Positions 35,900 to 45,145 of a stretch of 55,105 nucleotides of DNA are shown here, one piece after another. The translations under genes and the position numbers were made by a program. Under the pieces are notes generated by a model. The model saw nothing but the letters and a program-made list of their open reading frames with translations, made no database searches and was not told the DNA's origin. The stretch lies in the IMG/VR virus record IMGVR_UViG_3300037851_001367; one strand, given 5' to 3'. The DNA comes from an uncultured virus (IMG/VR IMGVR_UViG_3300037851_001367) (Duplodnaviria; Heunggongvirae; Uroviricota; Caudoviricetes). Numbering within the stretch: position 1 is the first letter of the stretch; the number at the start of each line of letters is the position of its first letter.

Positions 35900-36712
35900 T
35901 CAGGCTCCGAACTGCATCACCGCAGTCTCATAGACGTTCTGGAAGTAGGACAGGGGCCGGACCACGTTCGCAATGCGCACGTCCTGTATGACCCACGACC
36001 CGAGGTCGCCGCTGTTGATGTAGTTGTTGGAAGCGTAGTACGGACCCCGGTTTCCGTAGTCGACAGTCCCAGCGTTCGTCACGCGCCCGACCTCATCCCC
36101 GTCGAGGTACGCGATCATCGTGGTTCCGTCGTACGTCCATCCGGTGTGGTGCCAGACGTTCAGGTTGAGCCGTCGGTTTCCCGAGATGACAACCGAACCC
36201 CCTCCTTTGGTGAACTGCCACTGGCAGTTCAGGCTGTTGGACAGGACCACGATGAGGCAGGTGTTGAACGGGGACGACCAACCCTGGTTGGCGAGCCGGT
36301 ACGCTTTTGAGAACGCCGAGGTGTTCTGCGTCGGCTGAGCCCGCAGGAGGACCCACCCGCTCCACGTCAGCGGGGCCGGCGGCTCCAGGGACGAGCTCAG
36401 CGCGGTGGTGTCGTTCGCGGTGTGGAAGCCGCTGACGGCGGTGGACGAGCAGAACATCGCAGCGCCTTCGGTTATCCCTCCGCCGCGGTTGCTGAAGACT
36501 CCCTGGGCCTGGAGCACCGGGCTTCCGTAGCGGACCGAAAGGTCTCCGACGGAGCCCGTCGAACCCAGGTTCTTGACCACCGATGAGGCGCCAAGCTCCG
36601 CGTCCGAGAACATGTACTGGATGATGTCGCTCCCGTCGGGGTCGGTCTTCCCCGGGAACTGAGGAGTGAACCGCCCGACGCCCTGAAGCGAGGTGACGAC
36701 GGTGATGGGCAT
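35900..36712 (-). CDS. LamG / concanavalin A-like domain protein
   Basis: start MPITVV at 36712; WHHTGWTYDG...YLDG. Confidence 0.85.
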   Translation of the reverse strand: MPITVVTSLQGVGRFTPQFPGKTDPDGSDIIQYMFSDAELGASSVVKNLGSTGSVGDLSVRYGSPVLQAQGVFSNRGGGITEGAAMFCSSTAVSGFHTANDTTALSSSLEPPAPLTWSGWVLLRAQPTQNTSAFSKAYRLANQGWSSPFNTCLIVVLSNSLNCQWQFTKGGGSVVISGNRRLNLNVWHHTGWTYDGTTMIAYLDGDEVGRVTNAGTVDYGNRGPYYASNNYINSGDLGSWVIQDVRIANVVRPLSYFQNVYETAVMQFGA

Positions 36713-36713
36713 G

Positions 36714-38105
36714 TCAGGTGTCCGCCATGAACTTGACCTCGACGACGCCGCGCCACCTGACGGTGGCGCCCCGGCCCGTCGCGACCACGATGAGGTTGTT
36801 GCCCGAGGTCTGGATGGTGAGGTCCATCGAAGAGTCGTCCTCGCGGGTTCCGTTGTTGTCGGGCGTCGACGACCCGACAGCGGTGGCCGCGCCACCGCCG
36901 TCCCTCTTGGCCGTGATCGACCGCTTGTACGACTGGGCGTTCGATCCGTCGGAGGCGAGGGCGACGATCGCGAACTCCACCTCGGTGTTGTCCGCCATCG
37001 CGAAGGTGTAGATGGTCGCCGGGGTCGCGTTCGGAGTCGTCGTGTTGAACGAGTCCGTGAAGACCGTAATTCCGGAGTTCGGAGTCCAGGACGCGGTGCT
37101 CGCGCGGGACACGAAGTTCGAGCCGGGCGTGACGAGGTTCCGGAGGTCGGGAGCATAGAGCCCCTGAACCATCCACGCCGAGCCGGTGCCCTCGATGGTC
37201 ACCGCCATCTCCTCCACCGCCATGACGAAGGTCGCCGACCCGGCGGCCCAGTCGATGAGGTTTGCGCCGCCGTTGAGGGTGATGGTGTTCTCCGCAGGCC
37301 CTCCGACGTGCTTGATGTGAAGCGTCCTTCCGGCGGTCGGCGTCGGGAGCGTGAGGGTGACGGAGCCAGCGGTCGTGTTGACGTAAATGATCGCGTCCGA
37401 CGGATCGACGGACGTCGTCCCCGCGGTGCTGACGGTCCGCGTGTTGAAGACGACGGGGCCCGCGTTGGAGGTGCCGGCAGGACCGGTGGGTCCCGCGACG
37501 CCGACCGGGCCCATGGGCCCGGTCGCGCCACGGACGCCGGTCGCGCCCTGCGGCCCCGTCGGTCCGGTCGGCCCGTGAGGACCGGTGGGACCGGTGGCTC
37601 CCGTGACGCCCGCCGACCCCTGCGCCCCGAACGGGCCGACGGGGCCCTGGGCGCCCGGCGGGCCCTGAGGGCCCGTGGGACCGCCTCCGGCCGGGCCGGT
37701 GGGCCCAGGGGGACCGCGGAGCCCGAGGAAGCCGATGTATCCGAACGGGCCGGACGGCACCGTCGCGACCGACCCCGTGTAGCCGAACACGCCGACGAAG
37801 CCCATGACGCCCGTCGGACCCTGTTGGCCCTGGTACCTGCCGATCTGGGAGACGCGGTTGTCCTGGAACTGGACCGTGAATTGGTAGACGGCGGAACCGT
37901 TCGGGTTCGTGGTCGCCCGAAGGAGGACGAGCTGCACGATGTCGTGCGTCGGCTCGACGTCGAGCTGGGCGTACACGTCCGGAATGAACCGGTTGAACTC
38001 CAGGAGCGGGTTGGAGAGGGTGATGTCCGAGAAAAGCGTGACGCTCGCCTGAATGATGTCCACGCTCGCGGACGGCTGCCGGATGGACTCGACGTGCGTC
38101 GCCAT
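36714..38105 (-). CDS. Collagen-repeat fibre protein
   Basis: central Gly-X-Y run followed by a tail-fibre-like VTLTLP...G....IK domain. Confidence 0.85.
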   Translation of the reverse strand: MATHVESIRQPSASVDIIQASVTLFSDITLSNPLLEFNRFIPDVYAQLDVEPTHDIVQLVLLRATTNPNGSAVYQFTVQFQDNRVSQIGRYQGQQGPTGVMGFVGVFGYTGSVATVPSGPFGYIGFLGLRGPPGPTGPAGGGPTGPQGPPGAQGPVGPFGAQGSAGVTGATGPTGPHGPTGPTGPQGATGVRGATGPMGPVGVAGPTGPAGTSNAGPVVFNTRTVSTAGTTSVDPSDAIIYVNTTAGSVTLTLPTPTAGRTLHIKHVGGPAENTITLNGGANLIDWAAGSATFVMAVEEMAVTIEGTGSAWMVQGLYAPDLRNLVTPGSNFVSRASTASWTPNSGITVFTDSFNTTTPNATPATIYTFAMADNTEVEFAIVALASDGSNAQSYKRSITAKRDGGGAATAVGSSTPDNNGTREDDSSMDLTIQTSGNNLIVVATGRGATVRWRGVVEVKFMADT

Positions 38106-38143
38106 GCCATGCCCAGGGCATAAGGGGTCTGGTAACGTCCGAC

Positions 38144-38395
38144 ATGGGAAAGGTCCACGTCGTCGGAACCCTCTGGGAGCTCTTCCGGTCCCTCAAGGTC
38201 TGCGGATATTCTTCCGTGGACGTCGGGCCCCTCCTCGGAGGGAGCTCAGGCGGGCCTTACGTCGACCGGGCCGCCATGGACGAAGCGCTGTCTCCGGTCA
38301 CCGCGATGATGGTTCTGGTCCGGGAGGCTGGAGCGAACGTCGAAGTCTGCGTTCATGACGGGAGCGAGGTCATCGCGACCCTCCCCACGACTTAG
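38144..38395 (+). CDS. Hypothetical protein
   Basis: GTAACGT-N5-ATG. Confidence 0.6.
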   Translation: MGKVHVVGTLWELFRSLKVCGYSSVDVGPLLGGSSGGPYVDRAAMDEALSPVTAMMVLVREAGANVEVCVHDGSEVIATLPTT

Positions 38396-38398
38396 TTT

Positions 38399-38481
38399 GG
38401 AAGGTGAAGTCCCGGTGGCGGGACACCGGCTTCGAACACCGGGGGCGGTAAAACGCAGCAGTTCGACTCTGCCACCTTCCT
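38399..38481 (+). tRNA. tRNA-Ser(CGA)
   Basis: loop TTCGAAC, long variable arm. Confidence 0.82.
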
Positions 38482-38673
38482 CTAGCCGACAGCCTCGCCT
38501 CCGAGGCTCTTGGCGAGCTTGTGGACGTCCTGGACCTCGTCCGAGACGGTTACGATGTGCACGACGCTCCCATATCGGAGCGCGTGCATCAGTCCGAGCG
38601 CGGTCCCGCGGGTGATGAACCTGACGGCCTGCTCCTCGGTCGCGAACTCGTAGGTGAGGGAGATCGCAGCCAC
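38482..38673 (-). CDS. Small hypothetical protein
   Basis: GGAGGT upstream, 63 aa. Confidence 0.55.
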   Translation of the reverse strand: MAAISLTYEFATEEQAVRFITRGTALGLMHALRYGSVVHIVTVSDEVQDVHKLAKSLGGEAVG

Positions 38674-38690
38674 ACCTCCGCAGTTCCAAT

Positions 38691-38778
38691 GGAAGACAAA
38701 CTGGACGGGGTCCAGGCCTGTTTGCTAAACAGTGCGGCGTCGAAGGGCGCTGAGGATCGAGACCTCTGTCTTCCGCCA
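38691..38778 (+). tRNA. tRNA-Ser(GCT)
   Basis: loop TTGCTAA, long variable arm, G73, encoded CCA. Confidence 0.85.
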
Positions 38779-38779
38779 T

Positions 38780-38852
38780 GGTGAGTGTAGCCAAGTGGTA
38801 AGGCGCGACGTTGTGGCCGTCGTATGCGCGGGTTCGATCCCCGTCACTCACC
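38780..38852 (+). tRNA. tRNA-His(GTG)
   Basis: G-1:C73 pair, loop TTGTGGC. Confidence 0.9.
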
Positions 38853-38949
38853 CCGTAGACCCTCTTTGCCCTGGCGTAGGGTAGACCATGGACGCTCCCG
38901 ACCGCCCGATCCTTACCGCGCCGCTTGCGGCGGCGCCAGGAGGATCGAG

Positions 38950-39108
38950 ATGGCACACCACAAGAGGAAGCGCGTGAAGTCCCGGCGGGCCGGGTGCCTT
39001 ATGTGCAAGCCGCACAAGGCGCAGTGGGCGAAGGACCGGGAGAAGGACCAGACGATGCAGGAAAGGCGAGCCCGCGCCTCCGAGCGCGAGCAGCGCGAGG
39101 AGAGCTAG
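38950..39108 (+). CDS. Small basic protein
   Basis: AGGAGG Shine-Dalgarno; GCLMCKPHK. Confidence 0.6.
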   Translation: MAHHKRKRVKSRRAGCLMCKPHKAQWAKDREKDQTMQERRARASEREQREES

Positions 39109-39374
39109 CGCTCTATCTCCAGGTCGTCGTCCCCGGAGTCCGGCGCCGGCACGTCGACACCGAGCGCGACGGCCTTAACCCACGGGACCTTGGCGAGGAG
39201 CTGCTGCGTGCGAGCTCCCGCCGAGCCCGTGGGGAAGTATTCCACCACGCACCGCGGCAGGGACATCGAGTCCGCCGCCCGGATCTTCACCGAGCGCACC
39301 GTCTCAAGCATCTGGCCGTCGACGGCCACATGATAGTTGCCCGACTCGTCGACCGACACGTTGAAACTGCTCAT
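39105..39374 (-). CDS. Hypothetical protein
   Basis: MSSFNVSVDESG... Confidence 0.65.
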   Translation of the reverse strand: MSSFNVSVDESGNYHVAVDGQMLETVRSVKIRAADSMSLPRCVVEYFPTGSAGARTQQLLAKVPWVKAVALGVDVPAPDSGDDDLEIER

Positions 39375-39461
39375 ATCCTCGCGAGAGGACAAAAGCCTTC
39401 GTCCGGTAACTTGATCTAGGGAGGCACGGGAGCCGGCCCCGCCCTGCTGTTTGCCGGCCAA

Positions 39462-39536
39462 GGCCCCATGGTCCAGCCTGGAGTGGACGCCGGCCTGTCA
39501 CGCCGGAGATCGCGGGTTCAAATCCCGCTGGGGTCG
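39462..39536 (+). tRNA. tRNA-Asp(GTC)
   Basis: canonical cloverleaf, loop CTGTCAC. Confidence 0.93.
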
Positions 39537-39818
39537 CTATAGGTCATGCACGTCGTCGACGAGCTTTTCCAGCTGCAGCCGTGCGACGTGGCTGCGAATC
39601 CTCCACCATTCCCTGGCGGAATGCAGCAGCTCCCCGAGCATCAAAAGGGACCAAATTCCGCACGCGGCGATAACGGCCGTCGGGAACACCCACCGGGGCA
39701 GCCACCAGACGAGTGCCGCTAGGGCGATCGTCTTCAGCAGGCTCTTCGACGACTGTTCCAACGTCGGGCGCACCGACTTCCAGGCCTGCAGTGAGGGCCT
39801 CTCGTCGGATACGTACAC
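39537..39818 (-). CDS. Small membrane protein with VxxVHxx tail
   Basis: two hydrophobic helices; ends LVDDVHDL-stop; start uncertain. Confidence 0.6.
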   Translation of the reverse strand: MYVSDERPSLQAWKSVRPTLEQSSKSLLKTIALAALVWWLPRWVFPTAVIAACGIWSLLMLGELLHSAREWWRIRSHVARLQLEKLVDDVHDL

Positions 39819-39989
39819 CCGTCGCCTCCGCGCACTTGAACTCACCGCAGGCAAGCTCCTCGTCCTCCATGTGTTCGAGGCACGTCGCACCGCACTCGCA
39901 CACGAGACCGCACCCCACCAGGTTACACCAGTGGTCTCCTCCAATGACGGCCGTGACCGCCAGCGCCTCCCCCGTCTTGTCGCCCATCG

Positions 39990-40235
39990 TCAGCTACCCG
40001 ATGCCTTCCGTTGCTGCGCCCGCCACCTGTTGACGCCGGCCATGATGGCCATAAGCTCGTTGACCGCCTCGGTCTTCTCATCCGGAGTCGGCTGACACGA
40101 AGGCCACGATCCGAAGCGCTGCACGAGCTCCGCGGCCCGCCAGCGGAGCATGAGGCCCTCCATGTCCTTCGCGTCGCGGAGGGCGTCCAGGGCTTCCTTC
40201 GCGCTCTCCGCGAAGTTGATATGTCCTGAGCTCAT
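39990..40235 (-). CDS. Hypothetical protein
   Basis: GGAGGT Shine-Dalgarno; MSSGHINF... Confidence 0.6.
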   Translation of the reverse strand: MSSGHINFAESAKEALDALRDAKDMEGLMLRWRAAELVQRFGSWPSCQPTPDEKTEAVNELMAIMAGVNRWRAQQRKASGS

Positions 40236-40291
40236 GCCGCACCTCCAAAATATCAACTGCATAAAGCCTCTCTTCATGCGTAACGTTTCTC

Positions 40292-41008
40292 ATGGAGGTC
40301 GCAGTACGAGCGTTCGCACCAATTGTAACAGTGTCGGCGCTTATCGTCGCTCACATGTCAGAGGTGGAGCGCAGGATCACGGCCGGGCTTTGCACGTGGG
40401 ACGGCGTTCGCGCCCCGGACCCAGAGCCGGCGCGCAGCGATCAGCAACCGTGCCCTCCGGGAACGGTGCACGTCGAGTCATTCTGCATCGACCGCTACGA
40501 AGCTCCCAACGTCGAGGGCGCACGTCCGTTCGTCATGAAGTCCGCGCTCGACGCCGAGTCTTGGTGTAAGAGCGCGGGCAGGAGGCTCTGCACCGAGCAA
40601 GAGTGGGAGCGGGCCTGCTCCGGCCCGAAGAAGCTCCGCTACCCGTACGGCACCCGCCACGAGCCGGGCAGGTGCAACGACGGAGCCCTCTGGAAGATCG
40701 TCGACGAGCCGGCGCTCAACACGTTCCCATCGCCGCGGGCCGACGCGGAGGCCGAGAGGCTCTGGCAGGGCGAGACCTCGGGAGCCCGCGATGGTTGCGC
40801 CTCGGAGGAGGGCGTGATGGATCTGACGGGCAACGTTGAGGAGTGGGTCCGCCGCGGGCGCGGCCACGTGTTGAAGGGCTGTTACTGGGCTTCCTGTTAC
40901 GGAGGCTCGAAGCCAAGCTGCACCTGGACAAATGCCGCCCACGGACTTACGTTTCGGTTCTACGAGACAGGATTTCGGTGCTGCACGGAGGCCTCGGTCC
41001 GGCGGTAG
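40292..41008 (+). CDS. FGE-sulfatase (SUMF1/PvdO-like) domain protein
   Basis: IDRYE, RLCTEQEWERAC, YPYG, DLTGNVEEW, GFRCC. Confidence 0.88.
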   Translation: MEVAVRAFAPIVTVSALIVAHMSEVERRITAGLCTWDGVRAPDPEPARSDQQPCPPGTVHVESFCIDRYEAPNVEGARPFVMKSALDAESWCKSAGRRLCTEQEWERACSGPKKLRYPYGTRHEPGRCNDGALWKIVDEPALNTFPSPRADAEAERLWQGETSGARDGCASEEGVMDLTGNVEEWVRRGRGHVLKGCYWASCYGGSKPSCTWTNAAHGLTFRFYETGFRCCTEASVRR

Positions 41009-41021
41009 GACGGAGAGAGTC

Positions 41022-41258
41022 ATGGAAGAGAAGAAAAAGCGCGGGTTCGCGGCGATGGACCCCAAGAAGGTCGCGGAAATCGCCAGCAAGGGCGGGAAGG
41101 CGGCGCACGCTGCCGGCACGGCCCACCAGTTCACAAGCGAGGAGGCGCGCACGGCCGGACAGAAGGGCGGAACCGCCCCTCACGTCCGGCGAGGCCGCGG
41201 TCCGCGCTCAGGAACGATTGCCGTCGCGGAGAAGGCCGAAGAGGCGAAGTCCGCATGA
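41022..41258 (+). CDS. KGG-repeat general stress protein
   Basis: RGFAAMD...IASKGG...EEAR.AG.KGG. Confidence 0.88.
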   Translation: MEEKKKRGFAAMDPKKVAEIASKGGKAAHAAGTAHQFTSEEARTAGQKGGTAPHVRRGRGPRSGTIAVAEKAEEAKSA

Positions 41259-41293
41259 CGCGGGGCGGGGCCGAGAGGTCCCGCCGTTTTTAC

Positions 41294-41371
41294 GGGGACG
41301 TAGCTCAGTTTTGGGAGAGCGCCTCGATGGCATCGAGGAGGTCGCGGGTTCGATCCCCGCCGTTTCCACCA
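41294..41371 (+). tRNA. tRNA-Ala(GGC)
   Basis: loop ATGGCAT, G3:U70, encoded CCA. Confidence 0.9.
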
Positions 41372-41372
41372 A

Positions 41373-41445
41373 GGGCTTGTAGCTCAGTCGGGAGAGCGCC
41401 TGGTTCGCAATCAGGAGGTCGCGGGTTCGATTCCCGCCTTGTCCA
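41373..41445 (+). tRNA. tRNA-Ala(CGC)
   Basis: loop TTCGCAA; two acceptor-stem mismatches. Confidence 0.8.
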
Positions 41446-41462
41446 CTGCAGTACGGTCAGAC

Positions 41463-41957
41463 GTGATCCTAGAGGAATACGTCTGCAACAGCTACTACGG
41501 GCACCGCACGGTGCGGTGGCAGGTCCACCCGCTCATCGTCATCGGCGGCCTCATCAACGGTCCGGACGACGCCCGTCACCTCCAGGACAACCTCGGAATC
41601 CGCTCCGTCATCAACGTCGCCACTGACGACACGGACGAGGGCAAGGGCATCAAGCTGCTCTCCGAGCTCCGCGTCCCTGACGACGGGACGCCGCTCCCGC
41701 CGGAGATGGTCAGGCACGCCGTCGCCTTCGCCAAGATGTTCGTGGGGTTCGGGCCCGTCTACGTTCATTGCGCGCTCGGCAACTCGCGGAGCCCGGCCTT
41801 CGCCTACGCCATCCTGCGCTGGGTCTTCCAGCAGTCCCGCGACGAGGCCCTCCGGGCCATTCGCGAAGGGAAGCCCGGAATCACCGAGCAGTACGGCCAG
41901 AACTGGGTCCAGGCGAACTACCTCACGTCGGTGGAGTCCGCGCTCAACCTTCCCTAG
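41463..41957 (+). CDS. Dual-specificity protein phosphatase (paralog of 31575)
   Basis: VHCALGNSRS; shares SPAFAYAILRWV. Confidence 0.88.
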   Translation: MILEEYVCNSYYGHRTVRWQVHPLIVIGGLINGPDDARHLQDNLGIRSVINVATDDTDEGKGIKLLSELRVPDDGTPLPPEMVRHAVAFAKMFVGFGPVYVHCALGNSRSPAFAYAILRWVFQQSRDEALRAIREGKPGITEQYGQNWVQANYLTSVESALNLP

Positions 41958-41960
41958 CCG

Positions 41961-42185
41961 TCAATGGTCCGCGAAGGGACGCCGGAAGTAGTCCGGCTTG
42001 CCGTCGCGCCTCTTGAGCGTCCAGCCGAGCTTGGCGAGCTTTTCCTCGTCGCAGTCCACGACCTCGACCTTCGCCGTCACGCAAGCGACGAGGCTGTCGC
42101 CCTCCAGCGAGATCTGCGAGTCCAGCGTGTAGAACTGGAGGATCTTCATCGCCTCGATGAAGTCCTTCGCCGTGGGGTCGTTCAC
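41961..42185 (-). CDS. Hypothetical protein
   Basis: GTGA-coupled to the nucleotidase gene. Confidence 0.6.
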   Translation of the reverse strand: MNDPTAKDFIEAMKILQFYTLDSQISLEGDSLVACVTAKVEVVDCDEEKLAKLGWTLKRRDGKPDYFRRPFADH

Positions 42186-42778
42186 AGCGCCTCCCGCGGT
42201 TTTCGATCGAACGCCCTCTGGGCGCGCTCGCGCACCTGCGCGAGGTTTGTCCCGTCATAGCGGATCAGGTTGGGATGCTCGATGCCGGCGTTCCAGGGCT
42301 GTGCCACGGCGATGACGAGGCCGCGCGGACGGACCTCCAGCCACGGCAGGAAGTACCTGGGCCAGTCGTCAACGAGGACGCGGGCGTAGTGCCGGAACTT
42401 GTGGTGCGTGATCGTCACCGACGCATACGGCATATGCTCGGCGGCCCATTCGACCTTTTCGGTCCAGGCCGGGAACACCTTCTCCGGCCCTTTCGTCAGG
42501 ACGTTGATCGGAAAGCCGATCTCGCGCAGGACCTCGACCACCTCGAAGCCCCGTTCCAGCCGCGGCAGGTTTCGCCAGAAGCCTGGCATGCTCTTGATGA
42601 GGTGGCGCCTCGCGCTCATGTGCGGAGCGTCGTCGTAGTGAGCCTCTGCCCTGGTCGGAGGCACCCTCTCCTCCGGGGCCATGAGCTTGAACAACTCCTC
42701 TTGCATCCGCCGGTCGTAGTCGGCGACCGTGCCGTCCAGGTCGACGTCGGCGACCCTGTCGTCAGTTTCCATCTCCAT
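42182..42778 (-). CDS. HAD-family 5'(3')-deoxyribonucleotidase (NT5C-like)
   Basis: DLDGTVAD, FW.NLP, EK.EW, LVDD, PWN motifs. Confidence 0.85.
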   Translation of the reverse strand: MEMETDDRVADVDLDGTVADYDRRMQEELFKLMAPEERVPPTRAEAHYDDAPHMSARRHLIKSMPGFWRNLPRLERGFEVVEVLREIGFPINVLTKGPEKVFPAWTEKVEWAAEHMPYASVTITHHKFRHYARVLVDDWPRYFLPWLEVRPRGLVIAVAQPWNAGIEHPNLIRYDGTNLAQVRERAQRAFDRKPREAL

Positions 42779-42811
42779 GCCGTAACGTACATGGATGGAG
42801 CCCTTAGTTCC

Positions 42812-42886
42812 GGGTCCATAGCTCAACGGGAGAGCGCCGGCCTTGCAAGCCGTGAGATGCGGGTTCGAATCCCGCTGGTTCCACCA
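42812..42886 (+). tRNA. tRNA-Ala(TGC)
   Basis: loop CTTGCAA, encoded CCA; core nearly identical to the tRNA at 8223. Confidence 0.9.
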
Positions 42887-42887
42887 C

Positions 42888-42959
42888 GCTGCCGTAGCAC
42901 AGTGGTAGTGCACGTCCTTGGTAAGGACGAGGTCGTGGGTTCAATCCCCACCGGCAGCT
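42888..42959 (+). tRNA. tRNA-Thr(GGT)
   Basis: loop TTGGTAA. Confidence 0.92.
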
Positions 42960-42962
42960 CTA

Positions 42963-43178
42963 ATGACGAAGGAGGACGTGACTCCGCACGACTGGGAGAA
43001 GGTCGAGGTCAACGACGTCCTCGGCCCGCCCGTCATGTTTCAATGGTGGATGTGCAAGCGCTGCGGGGCCGCATCACGCTCGGCCAAGGACGAGCCCCTG
43101 ACCGAAGTCGACGTCCTGATGGGTGGACTGAGCGTCGACTGCGACGAACAGCTAGTCGAGGAAGTCCACCAGCACTGA
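42963..43178 (+). CDS. Small Zn-finger-like protein with VxxVHxx tail
   Basis: HDW...CKRCG...CDEQLVEEVHQH-stop. Confidence 0.72.
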   Translation: MTKEDVTPHDWEKVEVNDVLGPPVMFQWWMCKRCGAASRSAKDEPLTEVDVLMGGLSVDCDEQLVEEVHQH

Positions 43179-43820
43179 CTACTTGTCCTTCTTCGGAGGC
43201 TTCCCGTCACCGCCGCCACCACCGCCGCCGCCAGGTCCAGCCGGCCCGGTGGCTCCCGGCGCGCCGGTCGGCGACGGTCCGGCCGGTCCGGTCGGCCCGG
43301 TAACGCCCGTCATCACGCCAGAGGGCTGCGCGGGGCCTGTCGGACCAGTCGCCATGAACGTCGGGGACGGCAGTTCGACAGGGCTGTCGAACTTCGGCTT
43401 CGGGTCCTTCGGGTCCTTCGGGTCCTTCGGGTCCTTCGGGTCCTTGGAACCGTCGCCCGGAAGCTTCGGGAGTCCGTCGTCCTTCCTCTTCTTCGGGCCG
43501 GTGTGCGGCGCGACACAGCTGACACCCTGGACGAGGCCAAGCAGGCCCTTATACTCCTCAAGGGCTGCCTTTACCGGCTCCGACAGCTGCTTCGCCTGCT
43601 CGTAGGTCAGCCCGTCGACCAGGCGGATTTCGATCTCCGGGGTCGCGGAGGCGTCCGCGGCGATGCGGACGCTGGAAATGAGCCCTATCTGCTTGTCGCC
43701 GACGTACACGAACAGCGTTGGCGCGTACCCCGTAACGTTGCCGAGGCCGTCGGTCGTCTCCTGCATCTTGATGATGAAGGCGAAGTCCCGGCCTTCGAGC
43801 TCTATCGTCCTCTTTCCCAT
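43179..43820 (-). CDS. Hypothetical protein with KDP repeats, short collagen run and poly-Gly
   Basis: (KDP)5, GPTGPA triplets, G8. Confidence 0.7.
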   Translation of the reverse strand: MGKRTIELEGRDFAFIIKMQETTDGLGNVTGYAPTLFVYVGDKQIGLISSVRIAADASATPEIEIRLVDGLTYEQAKQLSEPVKAALEEYKGLLGLVQGVSCVAPHTGPKKRKDDGLPKLPGDGSKDPKDPKDPKDPKDPKPKFDSPVELPSPTFMATGPTGPAQPSGVMTGVTGPTGPAGPSPTGAPGATGPAGPGGGGGGGGDGKPPKKDK

Positions 43821-43844
43821 CGCTTCAAGGCCTCATCAGAAATC

Positions 43845-43919
43845 GCGGGCGTAATTCAGTGGTAGAATGACTGCCTTCCAAGCAGACCGTCGCCGGTTCG
43901 ATCCCGGCCGCCCGCTCCA
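43845..43919 (+). tRNA. tRNA-Gly(TCC)
   Basis: loop CTTCCAA, encoded CCA. Confidence 0.92.
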
Positions 43920-43958
43920 CGGTACCCTAGGCCGCTTGTCCAGAGTAAGGTCCGGCAA

Positions 43959-44216
43959 ATGGTCGAAAAGGTCCAGCTCGTCTCCGACCTGCAGGGGATA
44001 GTCCGTTCAGCCCGCGGGAGCTCCGTCTCCATCGACGTGGCGACCCTTGTCGGCCTCGGATGGGGCTCTGGAGGGACAGTCCTCGTCGGCGCCTTCGAAG
44101 CCGCCCTGGAAGCCGTGCCGGACGCGGACGTCCTGCTCAGGCTGGACGGCACCACCATGAAGTTCCTCGACTCCGCCACCGGGACGGTCGAGTACGCCTC
44201 TGTGGAGGTTCCGTAG
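43959..44216 (+). CDS. Hypothetical protein
   Basis: GTAAGGT-N7-ATG. Confidence 0.6.
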   Translation: MVEKVQLVSDLQGIVRSARGSSVSIDVATLVGLGWGSGGTVLVGAFEAALEAVPDADVLLRLDGTTMKFLDSATGTVEYASVEVP

Positions 44217-44238
44217 CCTCCGGCGTAAGCTTCTCGCG

Positions 44239-44994
44239 ATGAGGAAGCTGGACTTTTCCCGACAGCTCGTTCTTCCACAGGTTGGCGAGGCCGGACAGGC
44301 GCGGCTGGAAGCCTCCAAGGTCCTCGTCGTCGGGGCGGGAGGCACCGGCTCTCCCGCTATCATGTACCTCGCGTCAGCCGGCGTCGGCCGCGTCGACGTC
44401 TGCGACCCGGACGCCGTCGAACCGTCCAACCTCCACCGCCAGATCATCCACGGCAAGGTTGGGGAGATGAAGTCCGTCTCCGCCAAGCAGTGGATTCGCG
44501 ACCGCGGGTCATGGTGCGAGTGGTCGCTTCAGAGGCTCACGGACGTCCAGGCCTTCAAGGCCGCGTCCGAGGTCCCGAGCGTCGATTACGACGTCGTCCT
44601 TGACTGCACGGATCGGTGGAGCGCGCACAACGACATCGTCTCCTCCGGGGTCCGCGCCGGCAAGACGGTCATCCACGGCTCCGTGGGCGGGCTCCTCGGC
44701 CGCGTCGTCGGCTTCGGTCCGGGCACTCCGTGCTGGCTCTGCCTGCATCCGGAAAAGCCTGCGGGCCTCAAGGAGGTCGTCCCGGGGACGTTAGGGCCTG
44801 TTTGTGGCGTCGTAGGATCCGCAATGGCGATGGAGGCGATCCGCGTCCTTCTCGGGCTCCCTCCTGCCATCGCAGGCCACATGCTGACCTTCGACGCGTC
44901 CACGATGTCCTTCGCGAAGTTTGAGCTCTCCAAGCTCGAAGGATGTCCCGGGTGCCGTGACGCCCGCAATGAAGCCCCATCCGGTCCTCAATAG
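44239..44994 (+). CDS. MoeB/ThiF-family adenylyltransferase
   Basis: SRQL.LPQVG..GQ, GAGGTG, SNLHRQ, DCTD and two CxxC Zn motifs. Confidence 0.9.
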   Translation: MRKLDFSRQLVLPQVGEAGQARLEASKVLVVGAGGTGSPAIMYLASAGVGRVDVCDPDAVEPSNLHRQIIHGKVGEMKSVSAKQWIRDRGSWCEWSLQRLTDVQAFKAASEVPSVDYDVVLDCTDRWSAHNDIVSSGVRAGKTVIHGSVGGLLGRVVGFGPGTPCWLCLHPEKPAGLKEVVPGTLGPVCGVVGSAMAMEAIRVLLGLPPAIAGHMLTFDASTMSFAKFELSKLEGCPGCRDARNEAPSGPQ

Positions 44995-45145
44995 CCCCTG
45001 GACGGCCGCGGCGTTTTCCGCCGCCATCTGCGCGGCAGCCTACGTCGAGCGCGACAGGCTCACCCCTCAGCTCAAGTTCTGCCTTGCCCTGATGCTGCTT
45101 GTCAACGTACCGTATGTGTTTGACGGACTGAAGAGGAGGAGATGA
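44969..45145 (+). CDS. Small membrane protein
   Basis: two hydrophobic segments. Confidence 0.5.
   Translation: MKPHPVLNSPWTAAAFSAAICAAAYVERDRLTPQLKFCLALMLLVNVPYVFDGLKRRR

Noticed and set aside
34320..36712. Diversity-generating retroelement acting on the LamG genes
   Set aside because: There is no reverse transcriptase and no near-identical template/variable repeat pair differing at adenines.
43959..44216. MoaD/ThiS partner of the adjacent MoeB-like gene
   Set aside because: It has no C-terminal Gly or Gly-Gly (ends VEVP).
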